A stretch of DNA of 64,000 nt from Eledone cirrhosa (GCA_964016885.1 OZ024743.1:25172001-25236000), one strand, 5' to 3'; shown: positions 14,711 through 32,149, counted from the first letter of the stretch. The notes: generated by a model from the sequence alone, not told the origin. Made by a program: numbers and translations.

Positions 14711-14898
14711 CGTGATAATCATAATTTCTTTATTTGCCACAAACTCAACAGAAAACATTTGATAAAAGAAAATCTTTAAATACAATAATGAACAGAAAAT
14801 ATTTGTGTGGACATAAAACCATACAGGTTAAAGAGACATGATTAGTAGTTGTAGTAAAAACAACGATAATAGAAGCAACAGCGAGGACTAAAATGAGA

Positions 14899-14941
<43 letters not shown>

Positions 14942-14943
14942 GG

Positions 14944-14987
<44 letters not shown>

Positions 14988-15347
14988 CGCATATAAACAC
15001 AAAAATAGAACGGTTAAATCGTTTTAAATATTTAACAAATCGAATGTTAATTTTCGATTCAATTAACTAAGAGACGAAACAAACCATTCGGAACTTCATT
15101 CATTGTAATTGAACCGGAAGTTAGGGCCTCAGACATGACAGATGAAATAAACGGAACGAAAGAGAGAGGAAGAAAGGAAGAGAGAAAGAAGGGGAGAGGT
15201 AGACAGAGGGCATGGGGAGATAGAGATAGAGAGTGAGAGAGACTACGAGAGAGAGAGAGGAGGAGCGAGAGATTGAGAGAGCAATAGAAGAAAAGGATGT
15301 GGAATAATGTGTAATAGTGATGAGGTGATCTTGAGGACGTTTTCACA

Positions 15348-15379
<32 letters not shown>

Positions 15380-15626
15380 TACAGACAGACATATGCATAT
15401 AAAGAGACATAGAGGAAATAGAGAGAGGCAGAGATGTATACATATGCTGGAATGCATTCACACACACGCGCTCACACACACGCGCACACACACACACACA
15501 CACACATATATTCTTATATGCGCGTATATATACACCCATATATATATACACATATGCATATTATATATATATGTATATATACATATATATATGTATATAT
15601 ATATATGTGTTTATATATATATATGT

Positions 15627-15682
<56 letters not shown>

Positions 15683-15686
15683 GTGA

Positions 15687-15744
<58 letters not shown>

Positions 15745-15748
15745 GTGA

Positions 15749-15792
<44 letters not shown>

Positions 15793-16199
15793 GCATATAT
15801 ATATATGTTTTTTTTTATACATACATAGTTACATACAGATATAAATATATATATGTATGAATACATATAAAAATATAATTTGTATATATTTCGGATCAAT
15901 CGTGTTTCAAAAATTGCCTATAAATACTGACATTCTCTGGTAGCCTCAATGGTGCTTCATAGTGCTGGATAGAATAATTCTGTCGAGAGATACCGAAATC
16001 GTTGAGATATTGAGTTGAGAGCTGAAGAGAAGAAAGTCCGGCAGGGCAAGCTGTAGAGTAGGAAGTTATGTATATCTATCACCCTCAACATATATATATA
16101 TGAGGAACGATCGACTTTCGTCAAATCGGACCGAGGGAACAATGTTTCCGTTGGTCTTTCCAATTGCTAATACTATCTATCGGTCGCAACTCCAGGTAG

Positions 16200-16576
<377 letters not shown>

Positions 16577-16702
16577 ATGATAATATAGAGTGGAATAATA
16601 TAGAGTGGAAAATAAGAATGAAATTAGTGTCTCAAATTAAAGTAAAAAAGTAAACAGCTCAGTGCCATAGGTATTAAAGTCTGGTCCTTAAAAAAAAGGT
16701 GT

Positions 16703-16736
<34 letters not shown>

Positions 16737-16780
16737 AAACTGTTGATCATATGCAGACTTCTACATAACTTGGATATTAT

Positions 16781-16824
16781 TCTCCCACCTTGTAGAAATC
16801 TTATAACGAAACGATCGTAGGGAA
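16781..16824 (+). ncRNA. degenerate hammerhead remnant
   Basis: UCCC...GAAA-CGAUCG-UA-GGGA. Stem I and palindromic stem III are retained; the CUGANGA core is decayed. Confidence 0.4.
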
Positions 16825-17002
16825 AGAGAGATTTATTTAATTATGTCTCATAAAATAATACAGCCAGCTAACCTCGGAATACAATATAGTTAGCACCCCA
16901 AACATAGAATTGGGATTATACTTAGGTATTTCCTAATGTTTGTTGAGTGAGATGGAAGTTGGTCGGAGTATCGCTAAAAGCTTTCTCTGTTAATGTATTA
17001 AG

Positions 17003-17043
<41 letters not shown>

Positions 17044-17300
17044 ATGTGTGTGTGTGTGAGTGATTAAGTAGAATCCAGGGAGTAGTTATGGAAAGCAGTG
17101 ATATATCCTTTATACATAGCTTCCATATAAATTGAATGTATTTGTTTGTATGCATCTCTATCAACTTGTCTATATAAGCATATGTATGAAATGTATGCAT
17201 GAGTGTGTGGGGGTACATTTACAAATAATTGTAGATATGTATTAAAAATAATACACACACACAGACGTACACACACACACGCACACTCACAGACACACAC

Positions 17301-17333
<33 letters not shown>

Positions 17334-17413
17334 AAGAGAGAAGACGTGTGAGTCCCAAAGCGTTCGACCACAAAAATAGTCGAGTGGGTAAAGTACCCCC
17401 TGGAGGGCGGTAT

Positions 17414-17570
<157 letters not shown>

Positions 17571-17894
17571 TACATATATACATATATATATATATATACC
17601 GCGGCGGAGAAGATTCGGTGTTTGGATTATGAGGCATTCCTCTAAAATATGAACTAATTACTAATTACCCCTCAGACCTACGGTAAAAGTTCGAGAGACT
17701 TTCAATGTCTGTAGGCTGGAATATCAGGAAAACAGTGTGGTCTAGTGGAATGTATAAGCGTGTCCAGATGAGTTACTACATAAGTATTTCTATGTATGGG
17801 CACATATATATATGTATGTATGTATATACACATACACATATATATATACACACACACATATATATGTATATATATATATATATATATACATATA

Positions 17895-17970
<76 letters not shown>

Positions 17971-18129
17971 TGTATATATATATGTATATACATATATATA
18001 TAAATATATACATATATATATATATGTTTGTATGTGTATGTGTGTGTAATTAATTTAAATTATTTGGGACCTTTCATAGGTTGTATGTCATTTCGTATTT
18101 AAATTTACGTAAACACATGCTCATTCATA

Positions 18130-18188
<59 letters not shown>

Positions 18189-18395
18189 CGACAGACACAC
18201 ACATACACGCACACACACAGAAGCACACGTAAAAACATCCTCTGTCATGCAATAGGGAGTATCCATAGTTATGACGCCGCGGGAGACACGGGTTCGTTTT
18301 AATCGCGCGAGATTGTGCATCGTAGCGACTCCCTTACACAATCATTAACATATATACAAATATACGTATATACCTACACGATCTCTCACACACAT

Positions 18396-18588
<193 letters not shown>

Positions 18589-18726
18589 TTAAGACTTTTA
18601 TACTCTCCTATGTATTGAGTACCTTACTTACTGTGGTTACCTCCGATTCAACCTGGAATAACTTACCTATATATAAATAAATATATATATCTATATATAT
18701 ATATATATATATATACATATATATAT

Positions 18727-19361
18727 CTTAGTCTTAGTCTTAGTTCCTCCAGTCCCTTGTGGAACATTGGGCGATGAGCTTCCTCCACTTGATCCTGTTA
18801 CTGGCGGCCCTTCTAGCACCTCTCCAGGTAATTCCCATCTCCCGCAGGTCCTCCCTGAATGTGCTCCGCCATGTTTTTCGTGGTCTTCCCCATTCTCTCC
18901 TGCCACCTTCTGGTACCCAATCCATGGCAATATGAGCAGGTCGATCTGCCGGCAGACGAAGGATGTGGCCCGCGAACCATCATGGTTGGTCAGCGTAACA
19001 TTGAATGTGTAAACCACTTCCAATACCTTGGCAGCAACATCTCTGACGATGGGGATGCTGAGGTGGATGTGCGCACAAGGCTGGGAAAAGCAGCGGCGGT
19101 CTTCCAGCGACTCCGTTCGGTATGGTCCAGGTGTTCCATCGGCAACGCCGTCAAATTCCGTGTTTACATGTCCATTGTAGTACCAACAGCGATATATGCC
19201 TGTGAGACATGGAAGAGTACGGAAAGTGTATGTAACAAGCTTGATGTATTCCACCGTCGTTGCATTCGGACCATATTAAAAATTTCATGGAGAGACCAAG
19301 TTAGCAACGAGAAAGTGATGAGGAGGTCAGGATTGGAGAGGTTAAGGGACATTGTCTGGAA
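18727..19361 (-). mobile_element. RTE-type LINE, 5'-truncated with twin-priming inversion
   Basis: Minus 18976-18727: FAGHILRLPADRPAHIAMDW...GRPRKTW plus (CTAAGA)n tail. Plus 18976-19361: IECVNHFQYLGS...YACETW...LRDIV. Inserted in (TA)n. Confidence 0.88.
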
Positions 19362-19366
19362 AATAT

Positions 19367-19404
<38 letters not shown>

Positions 19405-19647
19405 CATGTGTGTATGTGTGTATGTGTGTGTGTATCGTTTATGAGCTTTATAATTTGTTATATTGACTAAGATATTCCTCCCACATACAAACAAATGGAG
19501 AACTTATACAACCACAGATGCAACAGTCATACTAAAGATACTATATATTCTCTACACTATACCAAAGTATACTAACTTCAACTATATACTGAAATCTCAG
19601 ATAAACGAAACTTAACGCAATCATATGTAAAGTATGTATATACACAT

Positions 19648-19715
<68 letters not shown>

Positions 19716-19837
19716 CGTGTGTGTGCGCATAATACATACAATATACATACATACATTTAAATCTACTCTACCAAAGAAATAAAATAAGACACGAGATGTT
19801 AATATCTGTTGATTGAAAAAGTACAATTGATTTTGCA

Positions 19838-19940
<103 letters not shown>

Positions 19941-19954
19941 ATATTATATATTTA

Positions 19955-20054
<100 letters not shown>

Positions 20055-20118
20055 TATATACATACTACATACATACATATATATATATACACATATATAT
20101 ATATGTATATATATATAC

Positions 20119-20149
<31 letters not shown>

Positions 20150-20308
20150 CATATATACATATATATATATACATATATATATACACACATATATATATAT
20201 AAATATATATATGCATACTACATATATATATATATATACACACACACATATATATATATATAGATAGATATATGTATGTAGTATGTATATATATGTATAT
20301 ATATACAC

Positions 20309-20380
<72 letters not shown>

Positions 20381-21058
20381 GTATATATCTATATAACTAT
20401 ATATATATATATATAAATATAAAAATATTATATATATATATACATACTACCTACATACATATATATATATATACACACACATATATATATATACACATAT
20501 ATATGTATATATGCATACATATATATATACTCACATATATATATATATATACACATATATATCTATGCATACATACACCTTTATATGTATTATATATATA
20601 TATATACATATGTCTTTACTTTATTCATTTTCCTTTATTTATTTTATCCTGCTCTCTTTCCCTAGCTCCCTTGCTCCGTCTTTTTTATTTATCATTTAAT
20701 AAAATCCTTCCCACTCCACCTCCATTCTAAATCTGAATTTCAAATTGTCAAGGCCTCGCTTTTCATCATTTGAAACTGTGCGATTGTATTAAAATATAAT
20801 CTATACACAAACCAAGCAACTCTTGATTAGTTTGTATTAAAAAGCTTTATGTACGTCACCTTTATAAAGGTCAAACAATTGTGTTGTTATTTATTTCTAC
20901 TCATTTTCATGCATTGTTTTTCCAATTTCTACTGCTATATCTATATAAAATTGATTTCGGTGTTTGGTACACGCCACTGTCAGATTCTTAGATTGGAGGC
21001 TTATACTTCGATATGTAAGTCAAACAATATCTCTCTCTATCTGTTTATCTCATCTCTC

Positions 21059-21128
<70 letters not shown>

Positions 21129-21146
21129 CCTCTCTATATCTCCCCC

Positions 21147-21183
<37 letters not shown>

Positions 21184-21185
21184 CT

Positions 21186-21217
<32 letters not shown>

Positions 21218-21249
21218 CGTATGTATGTATATGAGATAACGTTGCATCC

Positions 21250-21296
<47 letters not shown>

Positions 21297-21492
21297 ATAA
21301 ATACCCGAGTCTGCGTATATGTGTATATAAATTTACTCATTTTTATTATATAGACATGTAAACATTTCTAATACACAATTCTTTGTGTAGTGAACATATG
21401 ACAAGTAACTTCAACCAGTTTTCAATCTTAATTGAGATTTCATTAGAAGTATGTATAACATCTAAAGAGCCACACATGTAATCTAAGGGAGT

Positions 21493-21880
21493 CTTCTTCT
21501 TCTTCTTCTTCTTCTTCTTCTTCTTCTTCTTCTTCTTCTTCTTCTTCTTCTTCTTCTTCTTCTTCTTCTTCTTCTTCTTCTTCTTCTTCTTCCTGAGAGA
21601 GTCGCCCGGGTAGAATCCTTAAGCCCCCCTTCCAGCAGGTCCTGTCAGAAGCACCCATCTCCAACTGATCCGGCTGGATCCCCAAGCGTGACCAGCCAAA
21701 CTCATGGATGTTATCCAAACATCTTGCTCGGAGTCTACCCCTGGGTCTCTTGCCGGTTGGTTTCCCCCGTAAAATATGTCCAGTAATTCTTTCCTGAGAT
21801 ATTCTAACCCCCTGCCCATAATATTGCAGCTGTGATCTCTTAATTCGGAGAAGTAGCCTCTCTACATTGAATGACCGAGA
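21493..21880 (-). mobile_element. RTE/Rex3-like LINE 3' end with (GAA)n tail
   Basis: LLLRIKRSQLQYYG...PTGKRPRGR...DRTCW followed by (GAA)n. Confidence 0.8.
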
Positions 21881-23159
21881 ATACGCGAGTGTGTATATAT
21901 ATACATTTACAGACTTTTTTGTATATGAACAGATAAACATGCCAAATACTTATTTCCCAGTAAATTACAAAAATGATAAATACGTTTCAGGATTACCTTG
22001 TAGTTGTTTAGATATATAAATATATCTTCTGATAAAAGACCAATTAGGCATAAAATCCGGTTAAAGATATTTATCGTTATTTCAAGTTGCAGGAAAAGAC
22101 TTAATTTTCATGTTTACATGTCTACATACTGAAATGGTTGTACATTTATTTACATATCTATGCATTCTATTTATATAAAAGTCAAAGAAACGAACTGGTG
22201 AAAAGTTCTGTGGCAAAATGTTTGATGCTGGTGATGAAAACTCTTGGCTCTGAAACGTAAAGTCATCTATATCGAAAATTGAACTCTGGGGCAACGAAAT
22301 ATAATATATGATAAGCAAAAGTGACTTCCTCTAGACCTATGAAGGCAGCGAAATGGTAGAGCACGAGTTAGGGCGCCCGATTAAATGCTTCAGTATTTTT
22401 CTAGTTCACTGTGCTCTGTGTTAAAATATCGTTGACACCAATTTCGCCTTTGATCTTTTCGAGATCGATAAATAAAATTTTAATGAAGCACTGGGGCGAA
22501 TTCTTCTCTTTCATTCCTTCAAATCCAAGATATCAACTACCCAAGACACGATATATCTCAAGACGGTTCTTCATACGATTCAACCATGTGTTTAGTGCCA
22601 TAAACGTACAACTTGAAATTATGCATAATAACGGGTTAAAAATATCATATTTTCAATTTTCATGGGAATACTTAATTTACATGTTTACATGTCTGTATAC
22701 AAAAAAGTGTGTACATTTATATACACATCTATGTATTCTATTTATATAAAAGGCAAATAACTTGGTGAAAAGTGGTAATCCGATAATCAAACTGATGCTC
22801 GGGCTTTGCAATATTTATTTGTATATAAAACTGTTTAAGCCAAGGATAGAATATAAAAATCAAACATATTGCTATTAGAGTGACAAGATTGATTGAGTGA
22901 TAAATTGCTGCTGCCATTTTCCTATTACACTTTCGATATATCTTGAATGATATTGTTTTTTTTAATGCATGTATGTATGTATTTGTGTATGTATGTATTT
23001 ATGTATTTATATATACATGTGTGTGTGTGTATGTGTGAGTGTGTATGTTTGATTGATTGATTGCATAACTGACAATAATGCTACGAAATATGGTGGAGTA
23101 GTACAGTTGTAAACTTGGTGGAACAAATCCTTCTACTCATCTTATAATAGCAAAGTAGT

Positions 23160-23217
<58 letters not shown>

Positions 23218-23929
23218 ACATACGAGGGCATTCATATAAGGACTTCGTATATATACATATATATATATAAGTATATACAGAGAGAAAGAGAGAGAGAGAG
23301 AGAGAGTGTGAGAGAGAGAGAGAGAGAGAGAGAGGGGTGGGTGCGAGGGGCGGTGAAATGTTCGATAAAGTTATATTTGTATATATATATTTTTAACATG
23401 CAGACATCGAACCATACCAGAAAGTATGAATTTCCATGTAAATTGCAAAAATGATAAACAAATTTAACCTATTTGGATCCTCGTCAGAAGATGTGTATAG
23501 CATCTAAACAACCTCAAGGGAACACGTAATTGAAAGGCTTATAAACCCATTCATTCTTCATCATTGTCCTAAAATAGACGTACTAATTTGCATATAATTG
23601 GCGCTCGTGTTTGGGAGTTAATTAAGGTATACATTGCGAAACGCTCTAAATATCCGAAATGAATGTATATATATATATATAGAGAGAGAGTGTGTACGTT
23701 TATATATAGAGTGGGTAACTGAGACTGCGACAATGTGTGTATAAATCTACACATTTTTGATATATAGAGATGTAAACATGCCAGAAAATACGAATTTCTA
23801 TGTAAATTGACAAAATGCTAAACACTTCCAATTCGTTTTCAGACCTAGACGTGTATATCATCTAAACAAACGCAAGGAAACATGTCTACGTATAAAGATA
23901 TGTGTAACTTTATAGGCCGATTCTTTCCT

Positions 23930-25990
<2,061 letters not shown>

Positions 25991-26334
25991 ATCTGAGACA
26001 CGCGTTGTTTTAACATAGACTTGGATTAAGGCAAGCGTTATGAGTGAAGTTGTGTAAACAATATATATGTGGGAGTACGCTGACTTGAGTAAATCTGGAA
26101 ATCGAAGTTTTAGTCTTGTCACGATTGCCTCTGTTTGAGAATTACGCTAAGGATACTCATATTTGTGGAATGCCCAACTATTTACAGGTTAATTTAACGA
26201 GTAGGTAGTTCATTTCAATGTACAGCTGAACCATCATCATCGAAACCGATGGAGAATTTATGATTATCATCTTTATTAAAAGTAAGTGAATCTTGTTTGT
26301 ATTTCATATTTATGACACCACCTTGTATTTAGTA

Positions 26335-27336
26335 CTAGCATTAAAGCCCGGCGTTGCTCGGGGTCATTAAGTTACCAAAGTTAGGTTGCACCACCCATTT
26401 TATGGCAGCACTTTTTTGTCTGCCAGGCACTGGGTGAATGAATTACAGACCTGGAAGCATGAGCTGCGCCAGCAGTGACAATTGTAGTTTCGCCTATGGA
26501 TATTATCTCTGTGCAAAAAAGTGTTGAAATTTATTGTTTCACAGTACTTGCGCAACACGCGCGTAGACGATGCCAGCCGAACAACAGAGCTGCGATGGAG
26601 TTGTTCTGCATGGTTGTCTGTGTATTTTCTAAATTTAAGACAGTAGGGAGGGTTGTGATATGAGGGAGAGTTAGCTGTTGTTTCTAGCAGGTTTAGTGAC
26701 CTCATAGAGGATATGTGTTTTCTAAATTTAAGACAGTAGGGAGTGGTGTGATATGGGGGGGAGTTAGTTGCTGTTTCTAGCAGGTTTAGTGACCTCATAG
26801 AAGATATGTTTTCTAAATTTAAGGCAGTAGGGAGGGGTGTGATATGGGGGAGAGTTAGCTGCTGTTTCTAGCAGGTTTAGTAACTTCATAGAGGATATGT
26901 GTTTTCTAAATTTAAGACAGTAGGGAGTGGTGTGGGGAGGGGTGTGATATGGGGGAGAGTTAGCTGCTGTTTCTAGCAGGTTTAGTAACCTCATAGAGGA
27001 TATGTGTTTTCTAAATTTAAGACAGTAGGGAGTGGTGTGAACGGACAGTATCACCATCAAGCTTGGAAAGAGAAAGTAGCAGAAAGTATGAAGTTGTATA
27101 GATTTTGAATGGTAGTAGAAAGAGTTCAGCAGTTTAAATGAGAGAGAAAAATCGTAAAATATTGAGTTTTATCTATTTTTTGCGTAATTGTGGGTGAAAT
27201 TGAAAAAATTATCTGCGTCAAGACGCAATCGAAACTATTTTGAATACTGAATTGTAAATTTCAATTGAAGAAATTCTATATCGTAGATTTCTATAACGAA
27301 GGAGCATGACCACACACTGAGCTTTATAGATTATGA
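26335..27336 (-). mobile_element. non-autonomous Helitron
   Basis: Minus strand starts A|TC(ataatctataaagctcagtgtgtgg) and ends CTAG|T at 26335, with subterminal GC hairpin CCCGAGCAACGCCGGG (26347-26362). Confidence 0.72.
26618..27040 (+). repeat. about 90-bp tandem minisatellite (about 4.5 units) inside the Helitron
   Basis: Unit tgtgttttctaaatttaagacagtagggagtggtgtgatatgggggagagttagctgctgtttctagcaggtttagtgacctcatagagga. Confidence 0.9.
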
Positions 27337-28441
27337 TTCATAACAACGCTATTTAACTAGCTCAATAATTCGGTTAATGCAAGCATTCCTTGTCGGAAAC
27401 GACGGGTTCACCTTAGCGTAACCGGGTCTCTGTCTAGTAGTTCTATTTAAAAAGGCCATTCAAATCCCCAACTTGTAGTTGTGTAGTCAACTATCTAAAA
27501 AGGATGACAGCCTACACTATCCAAATTCACTAACCTATTAAATTATTTATATACGAGCTAGATGACACGCAAGTAACCCTGCTCCTAATTCTTATCAAGG
27601 ACACGCTTATTTACACATCTTAATCTAAACAAGCTCATAATTAGAGTAACAAAAGAAGGCCTCTGATTAGTACATTTATTACTTTTGAACTTTTTCAGAA
27701 TGGTCGTAAATGTCAGTATGGGCAATTCGTTTGCCTTTTTGGTAAATTTTCATTATCTGTTTCTGAACTGGGTTTTATGGTGTTCTCTGTTGGGAGAACC
27801 ACAGAAAACAAGCAATGTATGATGGAACTGAAGGTAATATTAATTCAAAACATTCAAAATTATAGGAAAAACATAAATTTTACCCTCAAAATTCTAACCA
27901 AACTATCAACTAACATTAAAATTAATTTCTTTACCAGTACAACGGTTCTAGTAGTAAACATTTATAGATTTGTGTTTCTTGTAGCTAATATGTTGCTTAA
28001 TGCCTTTTCTAAACAAGATCAGCAGACATTTCTTTGGCTAATCGTCTTATATGTTTACCCCAACTGGCTAGTCAAATCGTCTACAACTTTGTCTCTTCTG
28101 TTGTCTCCTTTATCTCGTCAAAGTTCAAAAAGTCCGTGGTTGTCTGGCAACATTCATGCTGCAAGTGGTTCTTCGGCATTGAAGTTTATTCCCCCATTTC
28201 TAGCGAGTTGGCATACAAACCAGACGCTTTTCCAAATATATACATTACGTACACCTACATACTATATCATATAACATTCGACAAAGACGACAAATAACAT
28301 TAATTTAACCATTTATTCCTTCTTCTTAATCCTCATAGTCCTAAGGCATCGGGCTGATTTTCGAAAAGGCCGATCAGTCACTGTATATTTTAGAAAATAT
28401 CATATATTTTCACTAGCTCTGACAGTTGGCAGGTGAACAGT

Positions 28442-28491
28442 GAACTGCACTGATGAAGAGTAATACCCAGAAACATTAGTGGCTGCAGTTC
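28442..28491 (+). ncRNA. degenerate hammerhead motif
   Basis: GAACUGCA-CUGAUGA-AGAGUAAUACCCA-GAAA-CAUUAGUG-GC-UGCAGUUC. Perfect 8-bp stem I; stem II and the cleavage U are mutated. Confidence 0.62.
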
Positions 28492-28694
28492 TGGTTACAT
28501 GCCAACACAAGAGCAAGAATGAGGGGCTTATTATACTGAAATGGCTTTAAAAATGAGGCTGGTTTGCATAATTGCAAACGAATCGAATATTATTATTAAT
28601 ATTCGAAAAACTCAGATTACATTTATTCTATTCAGCCATGTAGAGCGAAAATTATATATATATATGTATATATATATATCTATATATCTATATA

Positions 28695-28779
<85 letters not shown>

Positions 28780-28782
<3 letters not shown>

Positions 28783-29870
28783 CATTGATTTAGGAAGGCC
28801 TTTGATTCTGTGGACCGTCACTGCCTGATGAAGATCTTACAGGCTTATGGAATCCCCAAGAAGATAGTGGACCTGATATCACTGCTCTACACCAACACCA
28901 AAGCCCAAGTCATTACACCTGATGGGATGACAGAGTTCTTTGAGATACTGGCTGGAGTGCTCCAGGGAGATACATTGGCTCCCTACCTTTTTATCATCGT
29001 AGTGGACTATTGTATGCGCCTTGCACCGGAGAAACACCAGGACTCTGGCTTTATTGTAGCACCGGCTCAGAGCAGGAGAGTTAAGGCGAAAAAGATATCA
29101 GATGCTGAATTTGCCGACGACATAGTTTTGGTGACAAATACAGTGAAGGAGGCAGAAGATTTGATGCAGGAGGTTGAGACTGTGTCGATAAGCGTGGGGC
29201 TGAGAATGAATGAGACTAAAACAAAATATCTGGTAGAGAATGTTGAGAGGCCAGAGGGGATCACTAATGTAGGCGGGAAGCCGCTAGAACTGGTTGAGGA
29301 CTTCCTGTATTTGGGAGCAAAGATTGGGAATACGGAAGATGATGTGGTTGAGAGGAAGAGCAAAGCCTGGGGGGCGTGCCACAGCTTGAGATCGGTGTGG
29401 AAGTCGGACCTTCGTGAATGACCTGAAGGCCCGCCTCTTCATTACTGTAGTGGAGTCTGTGCTGCTGTACGGGTCTGAGACTTGGACACTGACCAAGAAA
29501 CTCACTCAGTTGGTGGATGGGTGCTACACAAGAATGCTGAGGATGGCTCTGAACATTAATCAGTATACACTGAGGATGAAAAACTCAGAGCTGTATGGGA
29601 GTCTCCCAAGAGTCAGCTCAAAAGTGACACAGAGGAGACTGAGGTTAGCTGGACATGTTCACCGACATCCAGAGTTGACATTGCACTCAGTGCTCCTGTG
29701 GGATCCCCTACATGGACACACTTGAAGAAGAGGAAGACGAAGGTTAACGTATGTTGATACCCTAAGGACAGACACTGGTCTGTTGGAGACGCAGGACATG
29801 GCAGCGTTAATGAGGGACAGAGGCCGCTGGAGAGAACTCGTCCATGGATCTCGGGAATTTTACCCGCCTA
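28780..29870 (+). mobile_element. RTE-like LINE reverse transcriptase, 5'-truncated pseudogene
   Basis: KAFDSV...GVLQGDTLAPYLF...FADD...FLYLG / LLYGSETW...RLRLAGH. Frameshift near 29415; flanked by TA-rich repeats. Confidence 0.9.
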
Positions 29871-29896
29871 GATATATATATAGATATATAGATAGA

Positions 29897-30023
29897 TAAG
29901 CTATCACCGTATTTTGACTAAACGTCAATACTCATATTTTTCCATTTCTTCGAGGGTTCTTAACCCCACTATCAGGCTAAATAATTTCTTTAATTTCTTT
30001 AGTCAAAATACGGCGATAGCTTA
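29897..30023. repeat. short inverted repeat between TA tracts
   Basis: 26-bp arms TAAGCTATCACCGTATTTTGACTAAA / TTTAGTCAAAATACGGCGATAGCTTA. Confidence 0.75.
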
Positions 30024-30082
30024 CATTTCTAATAATTTCAAACTAACTCGCTGTTTCGAATATATTCTTATATATATATAGA

Positions 30083-30160
<78 letters not shown>

Positions 30161-30644
30161 ATATTTGGGGAGGGTCATATTTGCGTAATATTGCCAGAAT
30201 TAATAACAGAACACACTCACTGTTTGGTTGGTTTTCGCTTCTCGCTGTCTTTTATATATATATATCTGCGATCTAACTTACTCGGTCCTCAATGTTGCCA
30301 TTGACTGACCGGCGGTCAAAAATAATACAGATACAATATAGACAAACACATATATATATAGTTTACATAATTTACATAAATCTTTCGTTGCACATCTGCA
30401 ACATCGTCAGTGGTGTTATATTCATTGTTCCTCCTGTTGTGTTGTATGTCTACGCCATTTTTTTGTTCAGTCTGTCTATATATTTATTTATTTATTTGCT
30501 TGTTTGTTTATCTTATTTTATTTTGTCTTCTTTGCGCATATATATATACAAAGAGTGACGGAGTTGTGAGGAACGGATGATTTTGGTGCATGCGTTTTAA
30601 TGTCTATAATCGTATACATGTTAAATTTATTATCTGTATATGAG

Positions 30645-32149
30645 CTAACGTCAAAAAAACAAATGTATATGTTATGAAGGATTTTACAAGGTGAAGATAG
30701 AATGAGACGTACAGATTTGTTTTCTATCTGCCTGCATAAATTCCATAGGACTTTTCACAAAGTATACAGCTAATATTCAATTCTTTATCAATTTAGAATC
30801 TTTTCTCAAAGGCACATATACATACACCTCTTTAAAATATACCCATCTTCCTACCTTACTTCAAAGGGCATTATACACTCTATAATACTTGTTTACTCAT
30901 TACCCTCATTCTATCTTCACCTTGTAAAATCCTTCATAACATATACATTTGTTTTTTTGACGTTAGAATATTCATCCGCAATTATTATTATTTTTTCTCT
31001 CTATCATAAAACTTTTTAATCTCAATTTCATCCTTAATTTATTATTTTTTTCTCCCCATCAACGAACTCATTCTTAATACATATTAACTCTTTCTTCGCA
31101 CATATTATCAACTCCTTCAATATACAAACCCTAACTTCACATTATTTTTCTCAAATCATCTAATACACAAACCTTAATAATTTTTTAATACATATTAACT
31201 CTTTCTTCGCACATATTATCAATTCCTTCAATATACAAACTTTAACTTCACATTATCTTTCTCAAATCCTTCTACACACAAACCTTAATAATTTTTTTTT
31301 CTCTTCGTTAATTTTGAAATTGCCACAATACTTATCAACATACACCTTTTTGACGTTAGAATATTCATCCGCAATTATTATTTTTTCTCTCTATCTTCAT
31401 ACATAAACTCCCTTTCTTTCCTCGTACATATTTTTCCCTTCGTTAATTTTCAAATTCTTTTAATTTATACATTATCTTCCAACGGTTCTCAACCTCTCTA
31501 TGTAAAACAATATACCTTTTCTCAGTTATAAAAACTACCTCTTTCTCTCTATCACCCATCTCTCCCTCTCCACCTTCACTCTTATCTCCTCCCCTTTTTT
31601 CATCCTTTCCACCCCCCCTCCCTAAATAAAATATTTTTTCCTCGTACATATTTTTCCCTTCGTTAATTTTCAAATTCTTTTAATTTATACATTATCTTCC
31701 AACGGTTTTCAACCTCTCTATGTAAAACAATATATCTTCTCTCAGTTATAAAAACTATCGCTTTCTCTCTATCACCCATCTCTCCCTCTCCACCTTCACT
31801 CTCATCTCCTCCCCTTTTTCATCCTTTCCACCCCCCCCTTCTCTAAATAAAATATTTTTCCCAATATCACACATCAATCTAAAACCACTTTTCATATGTT
31901 GATTTAAAACTGCACTATCCACAAGTGTTTTTTAGCCTTCATATCATGTTCTCCTGTTTTATCTGATGAAAACACAAATATTATTGCATGATGATGTTTG
32001 ATTTTGAAATGCGCATAATAAAATACATGGAACTCCTTTAACCATCTTTTGATCTTATATTATGTATACTCCAGTCCTACAAACTGTAGAGTGCTTCTTA
32101 TCCGATATCTGCATTGCCTTATTGTACTACAATAAAACTCACCTCCTAC

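Noticed and set aside
26618-27040. CRISPR-like regular repeat
   Set aside because: Whole units repeat with no unique spacers, the context is eukaryotic, and there are no cas genes.
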